A stretch of 64,000 bases of DNA from Chlamydiota bacterium (GTDB lineage Bacteria; Chlamydiota; Chlamydiia; Chlamydiales; SM23-39). The DNA lies in assembly GCA_038534095.1 (NCBI GenBank), contig JBCAXK010000004.1, positions 8,397-72,396 of the forward strand, read 5' to 3'. The position numbers were made by a program, and so were the translations under genes. A model generated the notes under the pieces. It was not told the origin of the DNA. It worked only from the letters and a program-made list of their open reading frames with translations, and did not search any database. Of this stretch, positions 9,840 through 19,476 are shown in pieces. The stretch's first letter is position 1, and the number at the start of each line of letters is the position of its first letter.

Positions 9840-10769
9840 ATGCATGTTCCTGTTCCTACAGTACAGTACGCCAATTACATAAAACAGCTCCAAACTAGGG
9901 GTCTCTTTTTAGGTTCTATTAGCGAAGAAGTTGAAAAGTTGGCCAATGTACGTGATAGCTGGTGCAATCAGATCCAGAAAATCAACAAATTCATTTTTGA
10001 TCAGATTGTTTCTTCTTTAGAAAAACTGCCTAAAATCATGAAAGCAGCAAAAAATAATCAACCGATCGTAAAAATAGATGAATGCAATCTAGCGCTTGTG
10101 CGAGCCGCATTTATGCAACGCATCCCCCTATATATACAGAAAAAAGACCGCAAAGCAAGAACTTTAAGCCCCAAAGACTTAGTCCCATTTCAATTCGATC
10201 TCTGTTTTGAAAAATGCGCAGAAAACGCGAGGAAAGAACTCTACGCAGAAATGATCCGTTTAGGAGCGAAGTTCAGCAAAAGAGGCTCTGAATTACCATT
10301 CATCGATCTTTTTAACAAGTTGTTCCACAAATCTTCTAAAGCAAAAAATAGCCCGCTACAAATAGCAAACGCTCCTAACACAAAAGAACAGGATGCTCAA
10401 AATAGAGCGTTAATAAAGCCTAGCGATGATGGAGTGATCGTAGAAAAAACGGATGAGGTTACCGAATTTCAGGGCGATCAAAATCGTGTTAAGCAAACTG
10501 CGTATCAGAGGATGCGCGTTCAAAAAACACTCACCACGGTTTTTCAATGGGTGTTTGGTGGCAAAAAAGCTGGGCCACAATACAGGGGTAATTTCGCGGA
10601 TCTTCCAACTAACGCAGAATATAAAGATCACAAGTGCGAACATAAGGTTCCATCATTCGCTGGAGCTGATGAAACTAAGAAAACAGCCCTCTCCTCTCCT
10701 ATCAAAACGTCTAAGGGGAATAACGGATTTATGATCGTTGATCTAAAGCCAGTTATAGCGCTTGATTGA
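9840..10769 (+). CDS. Hypothetical Lys-rich protein
   Basis: Long ORF; ATG at 9840 preceded by AAGGAG. Confidence 0.65.
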   Translation: MHVPVPTVQYANYIKQLQTRGLFLGSISEEVEKLANVRDSWCNQIQKINKFIFDQIVSSLEKLPKIMKAAKNNQPIVKIDECNLALVRAAFMQRIPLYIQKKDRKARTLSPKDLVPFQFDLCFEKCAENARKELYAEMIRLGAKFSKRGSELPFIDLFNKLFHKSSKAKNSPLQIANAPNTKEQDAQNRALIKPSDDGVIVEKTDEVTEFQGDQNRVKQTAYQRMRVQKTLTTVFQWVFGGKKAGPQYRGNFADLPTNAEYKDHKCEHKVPSFAGADETKKTALSSPIKTSKGNNGFMIVDLKPVIALD

Positions 10770-10871
10770 TTCAGCGTAGCAGATAGTCACAATCTTTTCC
10801 ATGCCTGTTTAAGCTCTGTAGATGAACTACTTACAGGAAAGGCGCTCAAAAAGGTGATAGAAACAGGAGGC

Positions 10872-12833
10872 TTATCCAGCCAGATTGCTTTGAAATTTTT
10901 TATACGAAGTCTGGTAACTTCTCCGCTGGTCTTGAAAACCCTCTTTGAGATTCAAAAGAGGATAAGGATTTTTTCTCTTTCGAAGAGCTCCTATAAACAG
11001 ACAAAATAAATAGATCATTTTTGCTTCAATCTTATCTTGTTGGCTAAACAATTTTTCGTGAATGATCTCTTGCTCTTTCGGGCTGTACCAGTTCTTGAGG
11101 CAATTCCCAACATGCATCGATAGGTAGCTTTTGATTCTTTTAACCCTAGAAATAGAGCTCGGAATTTCTTCCATATAGCCCTTGTAAAGGGAATTTTTCG
11201 GGAATAAATGGTACAGCAATTTTACAGGCATTGATACGCCAACATCGAAACTGTTAGAAGATTGTGCCCATCCTTTTGGCATAAACGCGCAAAATTTATC
11301 ATAATAATGGACATCGCCAGAAATCTCGCCGGGAAGTACTCCTGTCAAATCATAATAGAAATGATGTGCATGGATTCTTCGTAAATTCTGTAGCGCGGAG
11401 CGAATTTGCTTTTCAGGGCTCGTTGCGCCCGAATGAGCATTTTCGACAAGGTTGGGTAAAATTTGATCGTATAAAATATCTTTACAAGCTCTTAGGTATC
11501 CGAGTAAACAATACCCTCCAGTTTCGGCTAACGAATATAAAATGAACTGAATGGTTTGTTTGTCTTTTGCTTGCAATAAGTAATGCACGATTTTTTTCGT
11601 GTACGTGTGGGCTGTAAGCAATTTTTCATCGCTTCCTGCGCTAGTACGCTTTTTCAAGCTCATATTATTGATAAAAATCTTCAGTTTATTTCTGAGATAA
11701 TCTTGTAAGAATTGTTCTTTTGAAATTTCTCTACTTGCAGCAATGCTTTGTAGTAAACGATCTATTTTCTGAGTAGTAGCTCCTCTGCATATGGATTCTT
11801 CCTCAGATAACCTATTCATATCCTGTGAAAATTTATTATCAAAGCGCAAGTTTTCTAAAAAAATCTGATAAGTTTTTTGCGTAGGCTTGGGAAAGTATTC
11901 ATCAAAGAGCTCTAGCAGTTTATCAAACTCAGAACTTTCGGGTAGGTCTTGAATATCTACCGATTTGATCATGTTGTAGGAAGGATTTGGTTCAAAAAAT
12001 GTCGAGCGCGTTTTATCGTCGAATAACAGCTCTATTTCTTCGACAGTCAATTGAGCATCTGCTTTCGTAGGCTTTTTGTAGGGCTTGTCAATTTCTACGT
12101 AGGAAGGGCCAGGATGTAGTTCGAATTTCTTAAATGTATCCTTCAAATAGTAACGAACAAGGGAATCTATCCGGTAGATAATCGCTTGTTTCAATCCATG
12201 AACACGTTCGCTAATCTCTAAAACACCTAGAATTTTTGTAAAAATGTCTGGACTGACAAAAGTCAGTACACCCTGAAAAAAGATATTGAAATACTTTGCG
12301 CAGAAAACGCGGACCTTGATTGGTATGCAAGACATTCGGATGAGTTTCGCAATGCCTAAAAAAAGGAGCGATCCCCCCACATAATATAGATCCTCATAAA
12401 GAGTGAGTAAAAATAAGGAATAGGAAAAAATGACTTTTGCAACGGTATCGAGATGTTCGGTAAAAAACCGGGTGATCTGGCGCGTTTCGTAGCTTGTTTT
12501 TTGAGGAAATAGGTGCGTATAAAACCGGTTTTCATGCTGCTTGGGCATTGGAGAAGAATACAAACTTTGTACTGCGAGACAGTATCCTATTGGGAAGAAA
12601 GCGATTAAAGAAGTGCAAGAAATACACGTAGCTAAAAATCCAGTCGCTACGTAGCCAGCTACCTTATGAGCAACGCGTTGCACAATCAGAGTAGTTAGGG
12701 AAAGTATCTGTATATAAGGAGCTAGGTACATGAAGCGATTATTGCCCTGCTTTTGCGCCGCAGATTCTTCAAAAAGCTGTGAAGCAAGGTAACTGGTCGC
12801 AGCTCCTGGTAAAAAAGCCGCTATGCTATTCAT
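10872..12833 (-). CDS. Hypothetical protein with N-terminal membrane segments and a large helical C-terminal domain
   Basis: 653-aa ORF, AT-rich coding sequence, several hydrophobic stretches in the first ~200 aa. Confidence 0.75.
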   Translation of the reverse strand: MNSIAAFLPGAATSYLASQLFEESAAQKQGNNRFMYLAPYIQILSLTTLIVQRVAHKVAGYVATGFLATCISCTSLIAFFPIGYCLAVQSLYSSPMPKQHENRFYTHLFPQKTSYETRQITRFFTEHLDTVAKVIFSYSLFLLTLYEDLYYVGGSLLFLGIAKLIRMSCIPIKVRVFCAKYFNIFFQGVLTFVSPDIFTKILGVLEISERVHGLKQAIIYRIDSLVRYYLKDTFKKFELHPGPSYVEIDKPYKKPTKADAQLTVEEIELLFDDKTRSTFFEPNPSYNMIKSVDIQDLPESSEFDKLLELFDEYFPKPTQKTYQIFLENLRFDNKFSQDMNRLSEEESICRGATTQKIDRLLQSIAASREISKEQFLQDYLRNKLKIFINNMSLKKRTSAGSDEKLLTAHTYTKKIVHYLLQAKDKQTIQFILYSLAETGGYCLLGYLRACKDILYDQILPNLVENAHSGATSPEKQIRSALQNLRRIHAHHFYYDLTGVLPGEISGDVHYYDKFCAFMPKGWAQSSNSFDVGVSMPVKLLYHLFPKNSLYKGYMEEIPSSISRVKRIKSYLSMHVGNCLKNWYSPKEQEIIHEKLFSQQDKIEAKMIYLFCLFIGALRKRKNPYPLLNLKEGFQDQRRSYQTSYKKFQSNLAG

Positions 12834-13050
12834 GATGTACTCTATCCAATACTAAAACAAAAATATGAACAATTATTTTGAATACTTCTCATAAAAACAC
12901 AAGAAAAAATTGCATGGTCCATGCAAAGAAATCAGGATTGTTGTCCCATTTTACCAGGATTTTTCAGGCGGATTTTTACAGAAAAAATCCTGATGAACCC
13001 ATCTTTACTCGAAAAATGGGCACTATACGATCGGTACTAACGTACGTTGC

Positions 13051-14037
13051 CTAAATTAGGTTGCTATCTAGAAGATCTTCCACCTCTTTCAAAGGAGGAA
13101 TCATCGTTGTTAAAAGAGCGTATAAGGGAAAAGCGATTTTATCGATGAAGTCTTGCTGGGAAAGTAGACCGTGAAAAGGGGCGATTTCTTCTTGAACGCA
13201 CTCCCCCTTTTTTTCTAGCTGGTGCATTTTTTCTAGGTAGAGCTCTTTGCGCAGGCGAAAAAACCATTTTTCAGCAAGATCACGTCCTCGGATAAATTGA
13301 CTGAGGTCGGCGCATTTGATGAGCAAAATACTGATGCGCATGTCTAGATTATTGTTCTCATTTTGACAGAATTGAAAAAATTCTTCGTGCCTTTGCATAT
13401 CGGTAGATACGATCAAATGTTCGATATACGTTTCAAGAAAGGCGTGGTGTTTTTTAGGAAACACTGGCGTTTCTGGATCATTCCAGAGGTTTTTCGCCAC
13501 ATCTACATGGTATTTTTCTAGAGTAGATGTTTCTCCATACTTTTCATAAAGCTCAGTAAAGAGTTCCTTCTGATAAGAAGCGCTTTTTCCGGGATGAGCA
13601 AGATCGTGGTTCAAAGCCGCTAAAAAAAGGCCAAAACGTTTCTCTAAAGAAAGCTTTTCTCGCAAGCATCCTTTTGTATCGATCATATAGAGAAACTGGG
13701 TCACTCCCACCGCATGGTGGTAATTGTGGTAGGGATGATCCTCATAATTTTCTCTGACCGATTCTATGTAGGTGCGAAAAACCCCTTCTTGTATGGAGAG
13801 GGCCTCTAAAAAACTTCTAGAATGGAACATCACATAGACAAAATCATCGAGCTCATCCGCCTGATACCGGAGAGCATCAAAAGACCAGCTCTTTAAAACC
13901 GCATATTTTTTATCCACAGTTGATGCATCTTTTTGTATGATTGTTATCACCAGAAATACAGCAAACGGTTTTTTCCGCCTAGTTTTCGTTAAAAAAATTC
14001 TTGATCTTAAGGTCCCTTTTTCTTGCCAAAAAGCCAA
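13051..14037 (-). CDS. Class I 3',5'-cyclic nucleotide phosphodiesterase (PDEase_I)
   Basis: PYHNYHHAVGV, AALNHDLAHPG, STLEKYH, IVSTDMQRH, LIKCADLS, QQDFID in eukaryotic order and spacing; true start probably GTG at 13950 or 13917. Confidence 0.88.
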   Translation of the reverse strand: MAFWQEKGTLRSRIFLTKTRRKKPFAVFLVITIIQKDASTVDKKYAVLKSWSFDALRYQADELDDFVYVMFHSRSFLEALSIQEGVFRTYIESVRENYEDHPYHNYHHAVGVTQFLYMIDTKGCLREKLSLEKRFGLFLAALNHDLAHPGKSASYQKELFTELYEKYGETSTLEKYHVDVAKNLWNDPETPVFPKKHHAFLETYIEHLIVSTDMQRHEEFFQFCQNENNNLDMRISILLIKCADLSQFIRGRDLAEKWFFRLRKELYLEKMHQLEKKGECVQEEIAPFHGLLSQQDFIDKIAFPLYALLTTMIPPLKEVEDLLDSNLI

Positions 14038-14057
14038 ATTTTCCGAACAGTAGTGGT

Positions 14058-14342
14058 ATGGAACCTTCGCTTATTGAGATGAAAAATCAAGCTACTCTGT
14101 GTATGGAAGATCTCTTCGATAAATTAGAGCTTTGCGCGCGTATAGGGATGCTCGATACCTCCTCTTCTTATTACAACGAAGTCCTCCTGTTAAAAAGAAC
14201 AGCCTTTTATTGTACGAGTATTTCCCAGCTAGGCGAAGTGATCGAAGAGGGAAAAACGGTAGAAAAAAACCTGGACCACTGGCTTGCGCAAAAGGGAGTA
14301 GACACAACCGCCTTGCGCTGGCCTAAGATGCCGAACATATGA
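14058..14342 (+). CDS. Hypothetical protein
   Basis: ORF whose stop overlaps (ATGA) the start of the next gene; start uncertain (14001, 14058 or 14079). Confidence 0.6.
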   Translation: MEPSLIEMKNQATLCMEDLFDKLELCARIGMLDTSSSYYNEVLLLKRTAFYCTSISQLGEVIEEGKTVEKNLDHWLAQKGVDTTALRWPKMPNI

Positions 14343-15628
14343 ATGACACCTCTTCTCCCTTTCTCACCTGCCACAGAAAGCGCGTTCTTTTCACGCTAAT
14401 TGCGATCACGTTCATCGATTACATGAGCGTAGGTCTTGTTTATCCCCTATTTTCCTCTTTGATTTTTGATGAGAACGCCCGCTTTTTGCCCAAAGGCTCT
14501 TCCTATGTTCTTAGAGGATTTGTTTTAGGGATGCTTTTTTCACTCATGCCCCTTGTTCAATTTTTTAGCGCGCCAATTTTGGGAGCTTTTTCCGATTTTC
14601 GAGGAAGAAAAGGGGTGCTCATTGCAGCTCTTGTCATCGGGGTGATCGCCTACTGCCTTGCTGTTGCAGGGGTGCATTTTGAGGATTTAACGCTTCTGAT
14701 CATCTCAAGGATGCTTCTTGGAATTGCAGGAGGATCTGCCGCAGTAGTGCAAGCCGTTTTTTCCGATATTAGCACAGAAGAGGAGAAAACCCATTTATTC
14801 AGCCTGTTCAATATGGCTTTGGGGACAGGCCTTAGCATAGGACCATTTATTGGGGGGAAGTTTTCAGATCCCTCATTGGTCTCGTTTGGTTGTTACGCGC
14901 TCCCCTTCTGGATCGCAGCATGCATGATGCTTTTGAACCTATTTTTTGTATGTTTTTTTTTAGAAGAAACGAAAAAAGAACGGAACAAAATGGCGATTTC
15001 TATGAATATTGGCCTAAAAAACCTGTGCCAAGCCCTTCGACTTCCTCGCCTCCGATTGCTTTTTTTCTGCGCCTTTATTTTTACCTTTGGTTGGTCATTT
15101 TTTATCGAGTTTGTCCCTGTTTATCTCATTGGAAAGTACAGATTTAGCGCTTCAGATGTAGGAAATTTTTATGCGTACTGCTCTTTTTGCTACGCAATTA
15201 GCTGTGGAATTTTTATCCGTCCATTTATCAGCTATTTAGAAAATCCTCATATTCTTTTTAGTACTTTTCTCTCGACTAGCCTCTATTTATGCCTCTTTTT
15301 TTTCATACAAAAATCGAGCTACCTTTGGCTCTATTTTCCCTTTCTACTCTTTCTCATCGCACTGATTTTTCCCACCTTAACAAGCCGAGTTTCTATTGAG
15401 GGAACCGCTGAAGAACAGGGGAAAATCCTAGGCATTCTTCAATCGGTTCAATCGATGGCTTTTGCTAGCGCGCCGCTGTTTTCTGGGCCGCTCATAGGGG
15501 TCTTTATCCATATGCCCGTTTTAGTGGGAGCCTTATCGATAGGTATCGCCGCTCTTTCGTATGGCTATTTTTTTAGAAGTGCTCCGAAAGTGGAAGAAAA
15601 CCTCTCATCAGAAGTGGGAGATTTATGA
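14339..15628 (+). CDS. MFS transporter, TetA/DHA1-like
   Basis: QFFSAPILGAFSDFRGRK (motif A), SRMLLGIAGG, G.SIGPFIGG (motif C), EEQGKILG. Confidence 0.87.
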   Translation: MNDTSSPFLTCHRKRVLFTLIAITFIDYMSVGLVYPLFSSLIFDENARFLPKGSSYVLRGFVLGMLFSLMPLVQFFSAPILGAFSDFRGRKGVLIAALVIGVIAYCLAVAGVHFEDLTLLIISRMLLGIAGGSAAVVQAVFSDISTEEEKTHLFSLFNMALGTGLSIGPFIGGKFSDPSLVSFGCYALPFWIAACMMLLNLFFVCFFLEETKKERNKMAISMNIGLKNLCQALRLPRLRLLFFCAFIFTFGWSFFIEFVPVYLIGKYRFSASDVGNFYAYCSFCYAISCGIFIRPFISYLENPHILFSTFLSTSLYLCLFFFIQKSSYLWLYFPFLLFLIALIFPTLTSRVSIEGTAEEQGKILGILQSVQSMAFASAPLFSGPLIGVFIHMPVLVGALSIGIAALSYGYFFRSAPKVEENLSSEVGDL

Positions 15629-16411
15629 TATCTTGCGAGTAGCAAACGCAAGAAGCACCGCTGCTGCAGTAGAGACGTTGAGCGAATGAATATGGCCTTT
15701 CATGGGAATATAGACCGTAGAGTCGGCTTTTTTCCGAATGCTGGAACGCACACCCTCCCCTTCAGCTCCTAAAATGAGGACCATTTTTTCTGGGTAAGAA
15801 ATTTGCGTTCCATCGATCGATCCTTGATCTAAGGAGGCTGCTAGGATTTTGTACCCCTCTTCCTGAAAACGGATCATAGTACTCTCCAGATTGGGGGTCT
15901 CCATCAAGTTTAGGTGCTCAGAGGCTCCCGAGCTCACTTTACTCACGCTAGGTGTGATTGTGGGGCCATGCTTACTAGAAAAAACGATCCCATCGACACC
16001 AAAACACTCGGCTGATCGGAAAATAGCCCCCACATTATGGGGATCTTGGATTTGATCAAGCATAAGGACAAGGGATCGCTTTTGCTCTTTCCGTTTTTCT
16101 AGAAAATGTACCACATTACGAAACTGCCTTTTTTTGATGAGAGCAACAAACCCTTGGTGTGAAGATGATCCGCACAGTTTTTCTAGATCGCTTTTAGGAA
16201 GAGTTTTTGTCGGGATTTTCTGCTGTTCTAATCTCCGACAGAGCGTTTTTTTTCGAAGATTTTTTTTCATCGAGTCTTGCACAAAGACTTGCAACAATCT
16301 TTTTGGATAATGGTGGACAAGTTCATCAATGCAGTGCAGCCCCATCACAATTTCTTCCTGAGAACCAGTTTTTTTTTGCAGGGTTCCTGCTGCTTTGCGC
16401 TTTGTGTTCAT
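15623..16411 (-). CDS. rlmB: 23S rRNA Gm2251 2'-O-methyltransferase (SPOUT/TrmH family)
   Basis: HQGFVA, LDQIQDPHNVGAIFRSAECFG, LILGAEGEG, IPMKGHIHSLNVSTA; ATG at 16411 overlaps the upstream stop. Confidence 0.88.
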   Translation of the reverse strand: MNTKRKAAGTLQKKTGSQEEIVMGLHCIDELVHHYPKRLLQVFVQDSMKKNLRKKTLCRRLEQQKIPTKTLPKSDLEKLCGSSSHQGFVALIKKRQFRNVVHFLEKRKEQKRSLVLMLDQIQDPHNVGAIFRSAECFGVDGIVFSSKHGPTITPSVSKVSSGASEHLNLMETPNLESTMIRFQEEGYKILAASLDQGSIDGTQISYPEKMVLILGAEGEGVRSSIRKKADSTVYIPMKGHIHSLNVSTAAAVLLAFATRKIS

Positions 16412-17331
16412 AGGCACCATCCTAACGTGCATCCAATAGAAAAAGAAGTTTGTCTCATCCGATATGTAACATGCTCATCTGTTTTTGTCTCTACCCCTGT
16501 AAGCAACTCTTTTTCTTGCAGCTCTCTCGTCCCTTCACGAGATCCTGTGAAAAAGTAGCCAAGATGAGAAGAAATTCCTAAAGAAACGCTCTTCGATACC
16601 TTACCTGAAATAGCAAGCTGCCCAACATGTTCATGGGCGCCGTGGAGCGTTATCCTCAGCCGATTTTGCATACTAATGGCCCCTTGATTTAGAAGAAATT
16701 CTGCGTTGAGTGTCTGCTTTTGCGACAAAAATCCGTAGCCATAACGAGCCCGAATCCGTAGATTTGGATAGGGAAAAAAGAAGAGAGCGGGTCCTAAAAG
16801 AACGCCCCACCGTTGTAAACGAAAGGGACTCGGTAAAAATGATTGGGTCTCTTCATTCATCTGAAGAGCCGTTTTTCTTGTAAACGTTTCATAAAAATAC
16901 AAAAAACCTACGTAGGGTCCAAGCATGATCTGATATCTACGTTGAGGGGTAAGGTGAGCTAGGAAACCAAAATCCACTTCCGTTTCGGTAAAAAACGAGG
17001 GTCCCACCCGAAAAAGGTATGCATTCAAGTTACTTTGTCTGGGGGGAGCGTACTGCTGTTCCAACGTTCCATCTCCTAAAAAGCCTAACGTAGCGTGCAA
17101 AGAGGAGTAGATTCCACGGTAGATACTTTCGATCTGGAGCCTCGTAGAAAAAAAGCGGATATTTTGATAATCTTCTTCATACATAAGGGGAGAGCCTGAA
17201 AGGGACTTTTGTAAGGTGAGATCAAGCGACTCTTCCTGATAAGAAGGATATAGCTCTAAGGTGAGAACGTTTTTTCCTTCGATCCATTTTGGACAAAAAA
17301 AGAGGAGGCTAACAAGCAATAGTTTGTACAT
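16408..17331 (-). CDS. Exported hypothetical protein, possible outer-membrane beta-barrel
   Basis: Signal-like N-terminus; alternating aromatic/Gly strands (GPYVGFLYF, RARYGYGF). Confidence 0.55.
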   Translation of the reverse strand: MYKLLLVSLLFFCPKWIEGKNVLTLELYPSYQEESLDLTLQKSLSGSPLMYEEDYQNIRFFSTRLQIESIYRGIYSSLHATLGFLGDGTLEQQYAPPRQSNLNAYLFRVGPSFFTETEVDFGFLAHLTPQRRYQIMLGPYVGFLYFYETFTRKTALQMNEETQSFLPSPFRLQRWGVLLGPALFFFPYPNLRIRARYGYGFLSQKQTLNAEFLLNQGAISMQNRLRITLHGAHEHVGQLAISGKVSKSVSLGISSHLGYFFTGSREGTRELQEKELLTGVETKTDEHVTYRMRQTSFSIGCTLGWCL

Positions 17332-17395
17332 GGAAAAGATTGTACTCTAGCGAATCTTTTTGTCCTAAAGAGGATTTTTTGCTAAGCTTTTACTT

Positions 17396-17803
17396 ATGAA
17401 TGGTGATTCTACGCGCGACTTTTATAGGTCAACTGACGATTGCTGTATTACTGGTTTTTTAGGCGGTCTAGGAGAGTACTTTGGGGTCAATCCCTTCATT
17501 TTTCGTTTGATCTTTTTGCTTGTGGGATTCTATAGCGCTGTTCTTCCTCTGCTGATTCCTTACGTCATTGCGAGCATCATCACCAAAAAAAGACCCTTCC
17601 CTATTGAGAAAAAAAATTACGTGCATCTCTACCGATCTCGTACGAATCGAAGAGTCGGCGGCGTTATTGGAGGCATTGCGCAGATCTATCAGATGGAAGC
17701 GACTCCTTTACGGATTCTTTTTTTGATTTTTGCTATTTTTACCATTGTTCCCTTTACTCTTACCTACCTGTTTTGCTGGGCTCTTTTGCCCATAGAGTCT
17801 TAA
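17396..17803 (+). CDS. PspC-domain membrane protein (two PspC repeats)
   Basis: FYRSTDD..ITG.LGGLGEYFG.NP..FRL and LYRSRTNRRVGGVIGGIAQ...LRILF. Confidence 0.85.
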   Translation: MNGDSTRDFYRSTDDCCITGFLGGLGEYFGVNPFIFRLIFLLVGFYSAVLPLLIPYVIASIITKKRPFPIEKKNYVHLYRSRTNRRVGGVIGGIAQIYQMEATPLRILFLIFAIFTIVPFTLTYLFCWALLPIES

Positions 17804-18061
17804 AGTTTGATCAGATCTCCTCTTGGGCCCTTCTTTAATACCTATACAATGTCCCCTTTTTCACCTACATGCAAAAATATTGAGCATAAGGTTAGCTCTC
17901 CCCCACTTTGCTGAAAGCAAGAAAGGTTTAAGGTTTAAGGAGCAATTCAAGGCCATAGCCACCTGCGCAATCGGCGCATGAAAACAAGAGCAAAGAACGT
18001 ACATGTGGAAACGCAGCAACAAGGAGGGATAAAACTGCCCCTGGTAAAAAAGAAGAGAGCA

Positions 18062-18781
18062 TTAGATGGAAGAAAACGCCCGGTTTCTTCGAGGGATCGC
18101 TAATTGAGGCACAGAACTTTCTTCTCGATTTTCCCAGTACTCTGCCCCATAGTCGTATGTAAGCTGTTCCCCTTTTTGAATATCTCTTGCCGTAACGAGA
18201 ATAACCCGCATGATCCCTTCATGGAAAATGAGCTTAGAAACACAGTTCCCTTCTTGCGCGTGGTTGATGAATCTTGTGTGATTCCCATAATCCTTGGCAT
18301 CAATCGTGTAATTTGTTTCCCGGTCTCCAATTACATACTCAAATCCATAACCATTTTTTTCATCGTTTTTCCGGGATTTTTTCCGAAGAGACCCAGTATA
18401 TTCACCAACAAAAGTGTTTTGTAACAAACCCTCTTCTGCAAATACGCCAAATTCCAAATGTTCAATCCAATGAATGGAGAGTGGAGGAAGCCTTTGCTCC
18501 ACAATTTCCTGATGAAAAAACGCGCCTAACCATTTTTGTTCTCTTGAAATGTGGCCTGCAATCAGCGCCCGATGCACCTGCTTTTTCACCTGTTTACAAG
18601 TAGCTTCTGAAGCAAACTCCAGAAAAAACGTATAGGTGACGCCAAGACGTTTTTTGTATTCCTCTTTCGTACTTGCTAACAAGTTATTTTTCTTAAAAAT
18701 AGGCACTACTGGAAAAACCTGAGTAAGGTCTTGCAAAGCACTAAAGAGAGAAGAAGGGTTGTGATAGGAATCGTGTTTCAT
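18062..18781 (-). CDS. SET-domain lysine methyltransferase
   Basis: FGVFA, FVGEYTG, IDAKDYGNHTRFINH, GEQLTYDYG..YW. Confidence 0.9.
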   Translation of the reverse strand: MKHDSYHNPSSLFSALQDLTQVFPVVPIFKKNNLLASTKEEYKKRLGVTYTFFLEFASEATCKQVKKQVHRALIAGHISREQKWLGAFFHQEIVEQRLPPLSIHWIEHLEFGVFAEEGLLQNTFVGEYTGSLRKKSRKNDEKNGYGFEYVIGDRETNYTIDAKDYGNHTRFINHAQEGNCVSKLIFHEGIMRVILVTARDIQKGEQLTYDYGAEYWENREESSVPQLAIPRRNRAFSSI

Positions 18782-19476
18782 TGCGCAAAAAATAGCTTAG
18801 CCCAAAAAGTGCCATAATTCATAGTTAGCTCCTCTCCAGATTCTACAGGTCTTTTTGTCACAAAAATCATACGGATAAGACCGTCTATCAGTGTAGATTT
18901 CATCTCCAAATTCGGATTTTTTTCATGATTGATGTAACGGGTAAAATTGCCCGTTTTTTCCGCGTCAATCACAAATCCCCGAAAAGAAAATATAGGCGTT
19001 GGGTAAGAAACAGAATAGGGAGAGAAAAAAGTAGAGAGCCCCCCTTTTCGAACCATGCCTACGTACTCTCCTACGTAAGCATGTTTTCCCAACGATTTTC
19101 CTTCGAGAAAAACGCCATCACCACTTCCTTTAGAAGAGGGCTTGATGGAAACAGGAGGATGCCATTTTGTCCGAATTTCTTCTCCGAAACAAACGGACAA
19201 AAATCGTTTTGTAGGGTCTTGATTTTTGCTCCACATCCTCAGAAATAGGGCCTTATAGGCCTCTTTTTGAAAGAGCAAGTTCTCGGAATATCGGATGCCT
19301 AAAGCAGAAAATTTCTTTAAAAGAAGCCGTTTATTGGGTGGTTTCATGAGGTTTTTTTTTCTTAGCTGTTCTCCTAGCACTCGGCTTTTTCTTAAAAAAC
19401 GCAGGAATGCAGCAGTGACCAGTAGAAAGAGAAGTAAACAAAAGAACCGAAGTAGGAATCGTTTGAAAAACAACAA
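18778..19476 (-). CDS. SET-domain lysine methyltransferase (second copy)
   Basis: GDGVF, YVGEYVG, IDAEKTGNFTRYINH..NPN, GEELTMNYG; start TTG 19476 or ATG 19347. Confidence 0.88.
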   Translation of the reverse strand: MLFFKRFLLRFFCLLLFLLVTAAFLRFLRKSRVLGEQLRKKNLMKPPNKRLLLKKFSALGIRYSENLLFQKEAYKALFLRMWSKNQDPTKRFLSVCFGEEIRTKWHPPVSIKPSSKGSGDGVFLEGKSLGKHAYVGEYVGMVRKGGLSTFFSPYSVSYPTPIFSFRGFVIDAEKTGNFTRYINHEKNPNLEMKSTLIDGLIRMIFVTKRPVESGEELTMNYGTFWAKLFFAQ

